DNA from: a virus
Taxonomy: Duplodnaviria > Caudoviricetes
Reading direction: 5' to 3' (one strand)
IMG/VR virus record: IMGVR_UViG_3300011115_000278
Location: 1 to 63,349 of that record
DNA: 63,349 nt
The notes under the pieces: model-generated
What the model saw: the letters and a program-made list of their open reading frames with translations, nothing else
The model's database searches: none
Told to the model about the DNA's origin: nothing
Position numbers and translations under genes: made by a program
Shown: piece by piece, positions 18,867-28,021 of the stretch
How positions within the stretch are numbered: position 1 is the first letter of the stretch
Layout of the letters: the number at the start of each line of letters is the position of its first letter

Positions 18867-20774
18867 TCAACAGTCCCCATAGGAAGCCCCTACGCCTGAT
18901 TCGCAGGCTAGCGGTAAAGTTTGTGCCCACTTTGGTCTCCATGACATACACTCCTCAACGTATTGTTTTGCTTCATCTTTTTCCTCAATTGGTGCGATAC
19001 AAGCCACGGCATCATGGACTGTCAACACCACCTTATACTTCTTGCCGATTTTGAGCATCTGCTCCGCAACGACCTGCCTTGCTACGGCTTGGCACACGTT
19101 CTCGACTACTTTCCCGCCGTAGATATACACGGGTATTCCCTTAGAAAAGTATCGCCATTGGTCTTTCTTGGTTGTCTCATCCATAACTTTGGCTAAGTCA
19201 GGATACTGGATAAACAAGCCACTAGGTAGGGTTAACCCCTTGCCCGGAACTGCTCTGATTAGCCCCTGCTCGTCTACCTGCATCCCGTTGCCAGTACGCA
19301 ACGCAATCAGCGCCTCGTCTGCCCTGCGCCACAGTTCGGGTATCTTGTAGTATGCCCTTCTGTACGAGTCAATAAAAAGCTTTGCATCGTCAAACGTTAC
19401 GTCTACACCGGCTTGTGCCTTAAGAAACAGCTTTAGCTTCTGATGCCCAACACCATACCCCGCACCAAGAATCACAACCTTGCCCACCTGCCTTTGCTGT
19501 CTGTCAATCTCACCAACAGGTATTTTGTATATCTTGCTTGCCATTAGCTTGTACACGTCTTGTGACTTTGAGAACGCTTCTATCAAGTCATGTTGACCCG
19601 CAAGCCAAGCCAAGGTACGTGCCTCAATCTGCGCTGAGTCGCAGTCAATCACAACGTAACCCTTGGGCGCTTTGATAGCCTTCTTGATCTTGCCTGCGTT
19701 GTCACCGCGTGATGGTAGGTTCTGCAAGTTTACAGAGTCTTGACCAGACCAACGACCAGAGTGTGCCCCGTAGTAACGTAGAGGTACAGGAAACCTGCCT
19801 CGATTAGACATACCAATAAAGCGCTCAGTGCGAGTCTCTTCAATTGTCGTCTTGTTTCCAAGGCGGGCAGCGACAAGGATTTGGATTCGTTCATCAGGAT
19901 GCTCCTCTAATAATTTAAACTCTTCATCGGTTTTGGCAAATGCCCACGCTACCTTACCAGTGCGCAGGCTTACCTTTGTGGGCGGTACAACACCGTAGTT
20001 CTCCAGTACCTTAGAGAACTTGTCATTAGACATTAGTAGCTTCTTGATGCCTGCCATGCCCTCACTAAAGATAGCGTGCACGTACTCGGGATCAGCGTCT
20101 TTTAGCATGAAGTCCCGCACAGATTCCATTAGCGTTTCTTTGGCATCCCTCACGGCTTCCAAGTGGTCAACCAGTAGCTTCTTGTCCAACTCAAGCACAG
20201 GCTCAATGAACATGCGCAGAGTCATGTCAATCAGTTTCAGTTCTTGCTTAGGGAAATCCATCGCCATGTACGCATTGAATAGCTTGTACGTTAACTCTAC
20301 GTCATTAACGCAGTACTCAGCGTAGCGTGCCAACTCTTGCTCCGAAAAATCAGCGTAGTGTTTGCCCTTGGCTTGTAACACCTCATCGCCCTTGGCTCCG
20401 ATACCCATGCGTTCAGCTTGCTTGGCTAAGCCATGCGCCTTCTCATGCGGAAACAAAGCCCGTGACATACCAAGCGTGTCCAACCAAGCCAGTGGCTTTA
20501 CGCCATACAGCCAGTCAAGTACCGCACCATCAAACGCAGTGTTCTGTGCAACGACCATCGCACCAGACCAGTCGAACTCTTTCAGTATCCGCTCCACTTG
20601 CGGTTTGGGATACCAAACAGTTTGCCCATCGTCCACCTTGATCGCAATGCCAATCATCTCAAACTGAGATGACCGCACATACTCCTCGGTAGGAATCTTG
20701 GTCAGGGAATACTCAGTCGAGTAGAAGCACTCAAGGTCTAGGGTTACGATTTTTGGCATAAACTTTTTCTTCAT
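18867..20774 (-). CDS. polA: Family A DNA polymerase with 3'-5' exonuclease
   Basis: ExoI LDLE, ExoII NTAFD and ExoIII YCVND; polymerase motif A DSAQIEAR, motif B RQVGKVVILGAGYG and motif C VHD. Confidence 0.92.
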   Translation of the reverse strand: MKKKFMPKIVTLDLECFYSTEYSLTKIPTEEYVRSSQFEMIGIAIKVDDGQTVWYPKPQVERILKEFDWSGAMVVAQNTAFDGAVLDWLYGVKPLAWLDTLGMSRALFPHEKAHGLAKQAERMGIGAKGDEVLQAKGKHYADFSEQELARYAEYCVNDVELTYKLFNAYMAMDFPKQELKLIDMTLRMFIEPVLELDKKLLVDHLEAVRDAKETLMESVRDFMLKDADPEYVHAIFSEGMAGIKKLLMSNDKFSKVLENYGVVPPTKVSLRTGKVAWAFAKTDEEFKLLEEHPDERIQILVAARLGNKTTIEETRTERFIGMSNRGRFPVPLRYYGAHSGRWSGQDSVNLQNLPSRGDNAGKIKKAIKAPKGYVVIDCDSAQIEARTLAWLAGQHDLIEAFSKSQDVYKLMASKIYKIPVGEIDRQQRQVGKVVILGAGYGVGHQKLKLFLKAQAGVDVTFDDAKLFIDSYRRAYYKIPELWRRADEALIALRTGNGMQVDEQGLIRAVPGKGLTLPSGLFIQYPDLAKVMDETTKKDQWRYFSKGIPVYIYGGKVVENVCQAVARQVVAEQMLKIGKKYKVVLTVHDAVACIAPIEEKDEAKQYVEECMSWRPKWAQTLPLACESGVGASYGDC

Positions 20775-21150
20775 CTTTGATTATCTGCACCTGCGCACCC
20801 ATTGCTCGTGGGTCAGACCAACCTTGCATTAATTTCCTACCATCTAAGCCGCGTCTTTCACCAGACTTAACTTCCGGTATGTCCTGCGGAGACAGCAAGT
20901 CGTGAAACACCTGAGCCTCAAACCTTGCACGTCGAGCTTCTTTGTACGCCTCAATCAACGCTGCTTTTTCTTCCGGTTCTAAGAACCACAAGCGATGTAT
21001 TTGTCCGTCTTGATTTTCTGTCAGCAGGTTGTCAAGCTTATCTAAAATGGTACTAAACCTTGGTATGCGCCCACGGCTATCAGCATCCCCAAAGAAATCC
21101 TCGGGGTTGGTCTTGAGTCGTTCAATAATTACTTGTACTGATTGCATCAT
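20731..21150 (-). CDS. Hypothetical protein
   Basis: 139-aa ORF tightly packed in the operon. Confidence 0.6.
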   Translation of the reverse strand: MMQSVQVIIERLKTNPEDFFGDADSRGRIPRFSTILDKLDNLLTENQDGQIHRLWFLEPEEKAALIEAYKEARRARFEAQVFHDLLSPQDIPEVKSGERRGLDGRKLMQGWSDPRAMGAQVQIIKDEEKVYAKNRNPRP

Positions 21151-21152
21151 TT

Positions 21153-21452
21153 TTAAATCATCCTATCTAATGTGGCTTCGAGGGTACCTCGTTTAATTTC
21201 ATCTTCATTGATGACTAACACCCTGCCCCCTGCGGTCAGGATGGCATCTAGGTTTTTGTATTGCAATGCAGTGGGCACCCCCTTGCCTGCCTTGGCTTCG
21301 ATGCCCAAGAACTCACCGCCTAAACATACTAAGAAGTCAGGCACACCACTGTTGCCGTAGCCAGTGCCAATAGGCATGGCGTAGTACGCTCCATAAGCTT
21401 TCAAGATCGCTTTGATCTTGGCTTTAACTTTAGATTCGGGTGTTGCTGCCAT
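21153..21452 (-). CDS. VRR-NUC family nuclease (putative resolvase)
   Basis: PE..V...GVPD......GIEAK......LQ pattern. Confidence 0.8.
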   Translation of the reverse strand: MAATPESKVKAKIKAILKAYGAYYAMPIGTGYGNSGVPDFLVCLGGEFLGIEAKAGKGVPTALQYKNLDAILTAGGRVLVINEDEIKRGTLEATLDRMI

Positions 21453-21918
21453 GTAGATTGGTACTCATAACTTGGTTGTAATCGAACCCCTCGTCGAGGC
21501 ATTCACTAAGTAACACATCTTCAGTCCCGTGTTTAACAACGTTGTTGTTGTATGTGTACACACTACGTGGGACACGTATCAGTCCGGCTACAAAGTCTTT
21601 GCCTAACCGCGTGGTACGCCAAATGCCTGAGAACTTGGACTTGTGTGAATCGTCCTTGCTCTTGCGCTCCACAAGGTTCCACCAGTGCAACGTAGCCAGT
21701 TGGTTAGACCGCACCAACCATTGAGGTCCAGTTATAGGAACATTTACCCAACCGTCCTCATCGCCAGTTTGATGATGCAGCCACAACAATCCTTGGGCCA
21801 TTGTTTTGTTAATGTTGCGGATGTATATCTTTCCCCATCGGTCACATACAGGGCAGTGCCCACCGTCACCGGCAATCGTGCGACCCCAAGCGTCTCGCAA
21901 TATCATGTTATTTTCCAT
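21430..21918 (-). CDS. Hypothetical protein with a CxxC motif
   Basis: 162-aa ORF containing CPVC. Confidence 0.65.
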   Translation of the reverse strand: MENNMILRDAWGRTIAGDGGHCPVCDRWGKIYIRNINKTMAQGLLWLHHQTGDEDGWVNVPITGPQWLVRSNQLATLHWWNLVERKSKDDSHKSKFSGIWRTTRLGKDFVAGLIRVPRSVYTYNNNVVKHGTEDVLLSECLDEGFDYNQVMSTNLHGSNTRI

Positions 21919-22126
21919 AGTCGGCTACCTCAATAAGTTTGGTTAAGTAATGCTGTGCTTTTTTAAGGTCGTCGATGCCGCCTTTGTCTTTCCAACGAGA
22001 CACATACTTCACCACGTTACCTTCAAGATACCCAAGGTCGTTGGCAATGATGTAGTCCCACGGTTGTACCGCTTTCTTTTTGTAGTGGTCGCCTGCAATT
22101 TGCATCTCGTTTGCTGATTCAATCAT
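21908..22126 (-). CDS. DUF3310-like protein
   Basis: GDHYK...QPWDYI......GNVVKYVSRW..KGG..DL.KA.HYL pattern. Confidence 0.8.
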   Translation of the reverse strand: MIESANEMQIAGDHYKKKAVQPWDYIIANDLGYLEGNVVKYVSRWKDKGGIDDLKKAQHYLTKLIEVADYGK

Positions 22127-22299
22127 TTAGTTTTTTCCTGTAGTAGTGCGTCATAGTACTGCTTGGGCATCGGGGCTTTCTTGTTGAGGGTACACCTCAA
22201 CCATTCGGCACCACCAAGTTGATTAAAAATAATCCACTGCCGGTCAGACATTCGTACCTGTCTTCCTATTAGTGGCTCGGGCGGTTTGAGGCGTGGCAT
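22123..22299 (-). CDS. 58-aa hypothetical protein, possibly ribbon-helix-helix-like (not in ORF track)
   Basis: MPRLKPPEPLIGRQVRMSDRQWIIFNQLGGAEWLR...; ATGA-coupled to the next gene. Confidence 0.6.
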   Translation of the reverse strand: MPRLKPPEPLIGRQVRMSDRQWIIFNQLGGAEWLRCTLNKKAPMPKQYYDALLQEKTK

Positions 22300-22552
22300 C
22301 TTTTAGTGACCTTTCGTGTTTGTTTGGTTGTCGTGCTTTTGTGTAAGTACCAAATTGTTTGTAATCTATACCCTCTATACTTTCAATTGTCCCGTTACTT
22401 TTGGCACGAAAGCGTACATCTCTCATAAAGATGCTAGGGCGATCTACTAAGCGCAACTCATCCCAAGGGTTAAGTACACGTGGGGGGTTGCCGCCCTTCA
22501 GAACAAAACATTCTCTGAGAGGGTCATAGCGAACAAGGTCAAGTACTTTCAT
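22244..22552 (-). CDS. Hypothetical protein
   Basis: 102-aa ORF, ATGA-coupled to the glutaredoxin gene. Confidence 0.55.
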   Translation of the reverse strand: MKVLDLVRYDPLRECFVLKGGNPPRVLNPWDELRLVDRPSIFMRDVRFRAKSNGTIESIEGIDYKQFGTYTKARQPNKHERSLKDATPQTARATNRKTGTNV

Positions 22553-22797
22553 TGCAGTATCCCCAACTGGCGTAGCGCAACCTTCAAACCCTCAACACCA
22601 CCAACACGTTGATCGTTAATAAAAATTTGAGGCATCTGACGAGCATCAGGAAACTCTTTGGTAAAGTTAGCCATGCGGTCACCCACCGTAATGTCAACAT
22701 CGGCATACTTTAAGTTTGCAGCTTCCAGTATGCGTTTAGCCGACACGCAGTTAGGGCAGTTATTCCTTGTGTAAATTGTGATGTGTAGGTCTTTCAT
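22549..22797 (-). CDS. Glutaredoxin
   Basis: CPNC active site and MPQIFI...VGG. Confidence 0.88.
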   Translation of the reverse strand: MKDLHITIYTRNNCPNCVSAKRILEAANLKYADVDITVGDRMANFTKEFPDARQMPQIFINDQRVGGVEGLKVALRQLGILQ

Positions 22798-22887
22798 CTC
22801 GGTGCATCCTCATGGTTGTCAGGATTGAACTTAGGGACTCGGTTACCCTTGTCCTTTGGATTTGGGAATGAGGGGAACGGCCACACA

Positions 22888-23067
22888 TTACTTTCCTCGT
22901 GTTCTGTTAACACGCCCCTTACTAGCAATGGTGTTGGTTGATTTGTGTCTCCACTTAGCATTCTTTTTACTTGACTCATCGGGTGTTGTGTCCGTGTTAA
23001 CTTTAGGTAAAGATGCCATTAGCTTAAGTAAGCTATCTACTTCTGTTTCTTTGCGTTGCGTTTTCAT
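22888..23067 (-). CDS. 59-aa basic hypothetical protein (not in ORF track)
   Basis: MKTQRKETEVDSLL...RTRGK; ATGA-coupled to the upstream gene. Confidence 0.45.
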   Translation of the reverse strand: MKTQRKETEVDSLLKLMASLPKVNTDTTPDESSKKNAKWRHKSTNTIASKGRVNRTRGK

Positions 23068-23258
23068 TCCCCAAGCTCCTCAAAGATGTCGTTGAGTACA
23101 GTTTTAATTTGGCTGACCATCTCAGCTTTTGTATAAGGTGCGGACATAACCATCTTGATACTCGCCAACGCCTTATACATAGCCTGCCCCTTCAATGCAA
23201 ACAGTAACGCATCCTCATCGTCGGGGTAGTTAAACTCCAGTATGGCTTTTGATTTCAT
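23064..23258 (-). CDS. Hypothetical protein
   Basis: 64-aa ORF, ATGA-coupled. Confidence 0.6.
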   Translation of the reverse strand: MKSKAILEFNYPDDEDALLFALKGQAMYKALASIKMVMSAPYTKAEMVSQIKTVLNDIFEELGE

Positions 23259-23812
23259 TTACCCAAGCCACCAAAGTACAAGTGCAAGCGACGATACAAC
23301 TCATGTGCATCATTAAGGCTAACGGTATCCATGATGGCGTCGATGCTTGTGCGAATGTCGGGTTGATGGTCAAACGCCTCCGCCATTGGCTCATTAACCA
23401 AAGCAGCTAAACCTTTGGCTTCTTGCTTAGAAGTTATAACCTTATAACTTTTGGCTTTCTTTACCTTAGCTTCTCGCTTAGCCATTATCTTGGCAGACTT
23501 GATGGGTGTGTACTCTTTACCATTGGGGCGTAGCAAACCGTCGCTATCCTTGTAGATATGCCCTTGGCGTAGCATCTGCCCAATCAATGAGGACACAGAT
23601 GACTTCTTATGCCCTTGCTGCACAAGGATTCGGATTGCATCGTTTCGAGCGCAACCGGAGTTGTCTCGCACAAAGTTAAATGTTGCTTGCGTTACGTTGT
23701 TTGTAGGTTTAAACACGGTTGTTTCCTTAGTTGTTTCCTTAGTTGTTTCAGTTGTTTCAGGTTGTTCCCAAGCTTGCAATATCTTTTGCATTTCTGTTTT
23801 TAAATCAGGCAT
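23255..23812 (-). CDS. Hypothetical protein, possible winged-helix; contains an internal copy of the 16-bp motif
   Basis: Likely start MPDLKTE after a GAGGA SD. The motif encodes KSYKVIT. Confidence 0.6.
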   Translation of the reverse strand: MPDLKTEMQKILQAWEQPETTETTKETTKETTVFKPTNNVTQATFNFVRDNSGCARNDAIRILVQQGHKKSSVSSLIGQMLRQGHIYKDSDGLLRPNGKEYTPIKSAKIMAKREAKVKKAKSYKVITSKQEAKGLAALVNEPMAEAFDHQPDIRTSIDAIMDTVSLNDAHELYRRLHLYFGGLGK

Positions 23813-23978
23813 TGTCATCCTCAAATAGGTTAAGTTGTTTAGGGTCAGGCATGGTGCGTGATAAATCCTCCATGTCACGCAACCGCATCTCCAACCTTTC
23901 AGATAAGACTTTGATTAAACCCGTATGCCCATCGGCATAACGGATTAGTTCCTCATCGGTCAAGTTGTCATAGTTCAT
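23805..23978 (-). CDS. 57-aa acidic protein with QLNLF near the C-terminus (not in ORF track)
   Basis: MNYDNLTDEELIRYADG...PKQLNLFEDDNA; SD GGAG; ATGA-coupled. Confidence 0.6.
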   Translation of the reverse strand: MNYDNLTDEELIRYADGHTGLIKVLSERLEMRLRDMEDLSRTMPDPKQLNLFEDDNA

Positions 23979-24337
23979 CGAAGCTCCATAAAGTTAATAA
24001 GCTTGTTGTCATCGTCGGTAGTGAACCATACGATGTTGTCGGGCGGGGGCACGTTAACCTTCTTAAGATGCCCACCTACCGTTGCGACTGCCCTGATTCT
24101 CTCTAGCCAATCAGGTAAGTCTGTCACTAGCCCACGAGACGCTTCCTCATGTCCATCACGCCACCGCTTGAGTGTGTAGTCACCTTCACGCTCTTCGTAT
24201 CTGCATTCGTACATAGGATTGTCTTTGTGGTATCCAAGTTTATGTTCTAGCATTCGAAGGGCGTCTGACTTAGCTCGCCCATGTCTGTCTGCTACTTCCA
24301 TAATCTCAGTTACCATCGCCTTCACTTTCCCCATCAT
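23975..24337 (-). CDS. Hypothetical protein
   Basis: Likely start MMGKVK after GGGGGA. Confidence 0.6.
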   Translation of the reverse strand: MMGKVKAMVTEIMEVADRHGRAKSDALRMLEHKLGYHKDNPMYECRYEEREGDYTLKRWRDGHEEASRGLVTDLPDWLERIRAVATVGGHLKKVNVPPPDNIVWFTTDDDNKLINFMELR

Positions 24338-25232
24338 GTATCCCCCAATCAAAAGCGCCAAGGATTTCATCCACCTTGATCTTGGTTAAAGCACGAGTGC
24401 TATCTTCTTCACGCAATTCTTTAGGTGTTATGCCAGACAATACCTCTTCAAGCTTACGTGAAGCTTTCGTCAACGCAGGGTCGTTAGTAATATTCATAAC
24501 TTGCAACAACTCACACAAGTCAACGGCATTGGTCACCGTTGTGTCGTGGAACGTACGCTTTTTGCCGTCCACGTCAACAGTCAAGCGATCACTCAACTTA
24601 CTGATAGCGTTATACAAACGAGTCCATGAGTCTTGGTTCGCTGCCTTCAACTTGGCATCAAGTTTCTCTTCGTATTGTGCGATCAGGTTGCGTTGTACCT
24701 CGCTCTCAATGTCTAACCTAAAGTCACCGCCAGTAGGCAAGGGAGTGAACGATGCCTCCATGCGGAAACGCTGAGCCACTTTGCCCCTGCTTGGGTACTC
24801 GCCACGGTCAAACAATGTGCCAAGTTGGAACGCTGCCCCTGCTACGAGTGTCTCGTACTTGTCTAAGAACGCATCGACCAAGCGATGGAACTCGGTGTTG
24901 TGTCTACCCATAGTCTTTTGATACTCAAGCAGTGCCGCAGTGGGCAACAGTCTTGCACCTTGGTCATTCCAAGGAAGCGTCAAGCGATAGTGCTCGGCTC
25001 GGGCACGGGCTTGAAACTTGGTGATAGCTTCTAACTCTTTGCACTCAGCGAACAAGTTCTTGTACACCGATGCCGCCTTCTTGGAGCCTGACCCTTTGGC
25101 GATGGTGACCTCGGCTTGCGTACTCTTGTCTTGCTTGCGACCCGAGTAGACTGCGATGTTTAAGTCCACCATCATGGCAGACCTAGCTACGCCTGCAATA
25201 GGCTTTTCTGTTTCAATTGTGTAGTAGTTCAT
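24306..25232 (-). CDS. DUF3150-like protein
   Basis: 308-aa helical protein with TLPW..G.RLLP and NITNDP.L; neighbour of the AAA+/VWA pair. Confidence 0.55.
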   Translation of the reverse strand: MNYYTIETEKPIAGVARSAMMVDLNIAVYSGRKQDKSTQAEVTIAKGSGSKKAASVYKNLFAECKELEAITKFQARARAEHYRLTLPWNDQGARLLPTAALLEYQKTMGRHNTEFHRLVDAFLDKYETLVAGAAFQLGTLFDRGEYPSRGKVAQRFRMEASFTPLPTGGDFRLDIESEVQRNLIAQYEEKLDAKLKAANQDSWTRLYNAISKLSDRLTVDVDGKKRTFHDTTVTNAVDLCELLQVMNITNDPALTKASRKLEEVLSGITPKELREEDSTRALTKIKVDEILGAFDWGIHDGESEGDGN

Positions 25233-25263
25233 GGTTTCTCCAAAAGTTATAAGGTTATAAGTT

Positions 25264-25536
25264 TTACCGTTTGATGATGACTGTTTCGTCTAGCTTTGCA
25301 GCCAGTTTGATTGTGTCGATGTAGTCTTGGTTCACTGGTGCCACAGTGAATAGCTCGTGTGTTACGACTGGCTTGATAGCCGGTACGTATGCGTTCTGAT
25401 ACCCTTGCGAGCCTAGGTTGTTGCCCACATGAGTCTCAGTTAGGTGTTCGGCATAAGACAAAGTATCGGTAAGGATTTCAAGTTGCCCTGCATCTAATAA
25501 AACGTGATGCCCGTTGATGGTTAGTTTAAATTTCAT
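25264..25536 (-). CDS. Hypothetical protein
   Basis: 90-aa ORF followed by a motif copy. Confidence 0.65.
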   Translation of the reverse strand: MKFKLTINGHHVLLDAGQLEILTDTLSYAEHLTETHVGNNLGSQGYQNAYVPAIKPVVTHELFTVAPVNQDYIDTIKLAAKLDETVIIKR

Positions 25537-25901
25537 AAGTTCACTTGTATGGTTCGTGATACATACATGTAGCCTTGAGCATCGCCTGTGCTATCCTCTT
25601 CAACGTCATCGTCTTCCTCGCCAAGACGAATGAACTCGTACTCATACTCAAGCTCATGCACATCCGCTAAAAACTTGGGAAACATGTCTACCTCGGGGTA
25701 CGATTCGTACCACTTGACTGAGTTAGCATTGAACACCAATATGCGATGCTTGTCGTCCCAACTAAAAGACTCGTTGCCCCATGAATCAAGCACATGTTTA
25801 AATGTGGTGTTCATTAAAAGTTTAAGCTTGTCGTACTCTATCAAGCTATGCTCACTACTCACCGGATAGATGAGCGCTTTTACATCTGATCTATATCCCA
25901 T
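25533..25901 (-). CDS. Hypothetical acidic protein (MGYRSDV...)
   Basis: SD GGAG lies directly after a motif copy. Confidence 0.7.
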   Translation of the reverse strand: MGYRSDVKALIYPVSSEHSLIEYDKLKLLMNTTFKHVLDSWGNESFSWDDKHRILVFNANSVKWYESYPEVDMFPKFLADVHELEYEYEFIRLGEEDDDVEEDSTGDAQGYMYVSRTIQVNL

Positions 25902-25934
25902 GGTTTTCTCCAAAAGTTATAAGGTTATAAGTTT

Positions 25935-27110
25935 TCAAACTTCGACACGAATCGTCGTACCAAATGGTGCAACCATATCGGTTGTGATAGCCCACAAGGT
26001 AGGCACATTGGTGTTACCCCAATCACCTACATAGCCGTCGGTAAACTGCACAATAGCTTGTGGGTTGATGTGGTTTTCACGCAAGTATTCAAACAACACA
26101 GAACCATCTGTACCACCACCGCCCTTGGGTTTCATGTCGGCTACGGCAAACTGACCATCCTCGAATGTCTGATGCCCTGCTACCTGAGTGTCCCAATAGA
26201 TAACATGCGTCTTGGTTGGCTTGACCTCTTCAATGATGGTCTTGATGTTGGAAACGAACGCAGTCATCTCATCGCCACCGAAACATGAACCCGACGTGTC
26301 GAACCCGATGACCAACTCAGTCATAGTAGTTCCCACCATAGAAGGCATGTAAACGTCGTAGCTCAAGAATCTACGATTAGGTTTACGCCATGATGACTCG
26401 TCACGACCTGCGCATGTCTCGGTGATGAAGTCACGCAAGACTTTCTTCCAGTCAATCTTGGGTTGCAACAAGTCACCGAACGCACCATCTGCATCGCCTG
26501 CACCCTTGCCCTGCATCTTGCGACGCACGATCTCGCCCTGACGAATGGCTCGTTGTATCTCATTGCCACGCTCGGCATCCTTGGCAGGGTCACCGCTTGT
26601 TGCATTAGCCCAGTCATGCTCATCGAACCCTTGCTCACCACCTTCGCCACCGCCACCACCCCCGCCTTCCTCTTGCTCTTGCTTGAGGTCTTCGAAGATT
26701 TGCTTGACCGACCATCCACGATATTTAGCATCAGGTTGCACACCTAACTCGGGCATCTTGATGAACCCCTCACCATCATCCATATCCACTAAGGATAAGT
26801 TAACGAAGTGATCTGCTGCGATGTTAGCCAACTGAGCATCCTCGTCGTGCAATGCAGACCATACTTGCAAGTGACGATACGCTTTGTGCTGACCCTCATG
26901 CAAGATGAGGAAGCGCAACTCGGGGTCGGTCTTCATGTGTTCTTCGATGAAGGCAGGGTTGTAGATAACATCCCAACCGTTAGTAGCTGCAGTAGGTACA
27001 TCGTCATTGACATGCACCTTGCCACACGCAAGGATACCGCTATACACACAGAACTTTTTGTGTTGCATGATAGCGATGTGCGCTTTCTTGATTCGATCTT
27101 GTACGTTCAT
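25935..27110 (-). CDS. DUF2201-type metallopeptidase plus VWA-domain protein
   Basis: TAATNG, HEGQH (HExxH), a Gly linker, MIDAS DTSGS, GGGGTD and FTDG. Confidence 0.85.
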   Translation of the reverse strand: MNVQDRIKKAHIAIMQHKKFCVYSGILACGKVHVNDDVPTAATNGWDVIYNPAFIEEHMKTDPELRFLILHEGQHKAYRHLQVWSALHDEDAQLANIAADHFVNLSLVDMDDGEGFIKMPELGVQPDAKYRGWSVKQIFEDLKQEQEEGGGGGGGEGGEQGFDEHDWANATSGDPAKDAERGNEIQRAIRQGEIVRRKMQGKGAGDADGAFGDLLQPKIDWKKVLRDFITETCAGRDESSWRKPNRRFLSYDVYMPSMVGTTMTELVIGFDTSGSCFGGDEMTAFVSNIKTIIEEVKPTKTHVIYWDTQVAGHQTFEDGQFAVADMKPKGGGGTDGSVLFEYLRENHINPQAIVQFTDGYVGDWGNTNVPTLWAITTDMVAPFGTTIRVEV

Positions 27111-27142
27111 GGTTTTCTCCGAAAGTTATAAGGTTATAAGTT

Positions 27143-27742
27143 TTAAAAGCTGTGAGTTAATGGGATGAGCATCTCGGTGTTCTCATCTAGTAGCGTTGCT
27201 ATGCGCTCGGCTAATGCCACCTCTTCGGGTGTTCGTTGTGTAAGGAAAGCAGTGACTAACTGTTCTCGTAGTGCTTTGTTGCGGACGACCATTGAGTAGT
27301 GCGGATTTGCGCTCATATCGTCAAGGCGTTGAATGTTTGTATCAAACCTATCATCCATGTTTTTTACAAACTCTTCGTATGTGATCTTGTAGTAATTCTT
27401 TTTCTCTTCCTCGAAGTGCATCTTAGTCAATGCGCAGTCAGCTTCAAGCAAGCCAATAATTTCAAGGCGTAGCTCGGGGTTAATACTTCGTGGTGACCGA
27501 AAAGATAGGTAGTGTCCATGCGCAGGCTCAGCGTAAATCACAGGTTCTTCACCCGCTATCTTAAAGATGAGACTGCGCACATCTTTAGTCTTGCTTGACC
27601 ACCCACCGCCGTGCCTGCCTGACGCAATGCTTCTACGCACCATGTTGCGTAGCGTCTTAGTCAAACGATTAGGGTTAAAAGTAGCCACGGTGAGGACACC
27701 GGGGGACTGCAGTTGTCTTGCTAATGCGTACATGTTGCTCAT
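27143..27742 (-). CDS. Hypothetical protein
   Basis: Likely start MSNMYA after AAGGA. Confidence 0.65.
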   Translation of the reverse strand: MSNMYALARQLQSPGVLTVATFNPNRLTKTLRNMVRRSIASGRHGGGWSSKTKDVRSLIFKIAGEEPVIYAEPAHGHYLSFRSPRSINPELRLEIIGLLEADCALTKMHFEEEKKNYYKITYEEFVKNMDDRFDTNIQRLDDMSANPHYSMVVRNKALREQLVTAFLTQRTPEEVALAERIATLLDENTEMLIPLTHSF

Positions 27743-27912
27743 GATGGTTTCCTTGGTTTGTTTAAGAGTCCTGTTTGTAAATTCCATGCGTCCTTGGACT
27801 GCACGTAGTTTTGTAGTGGGCGTTGGTATGCCTTGCTGATTCGATTGGGATGCCAATCTTTTTTAACAACGACAATGGTCTGCCCGTTAGCGGTTCGTTC
27901 TACGATAAGCAT
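27739..27912 (-). CDS. Small hypothetical protein (MLIVERTANG...)
   Basis: TAATG-coupled to the upstream micro-ORF; SD GGAG. Confidence 0.55.
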   Translation of the reverse strand: MLIVERTANGQTIVVVKKDWHPNRISKAYQRPLQNYVQSKDAWNLQTGLLNKPRKPS

Positions 27913-28001
27913 TACGGTCTCCAGTAGTAAAGGTCGAGGGCTAGCACAATGATTGCTAGGACTAAGATAAAACGCTCGAAGCGTTCCCAAGGCGTAAACA
28001 T
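27912..28001 (-). CDS. 29-aa single-pass membrane peptide (not in ORF track)
   Basis: MFTPWERFERFILVLAIIVLALDLYYWRP fills the gap exactly. Confidence 0.55.
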   Translation of the reverse strand: MFTPWERFERFILVLAIIVLALDLYYWRP

Positions 28002-28021
28002 AAAGTTATAACCTTATAGGT

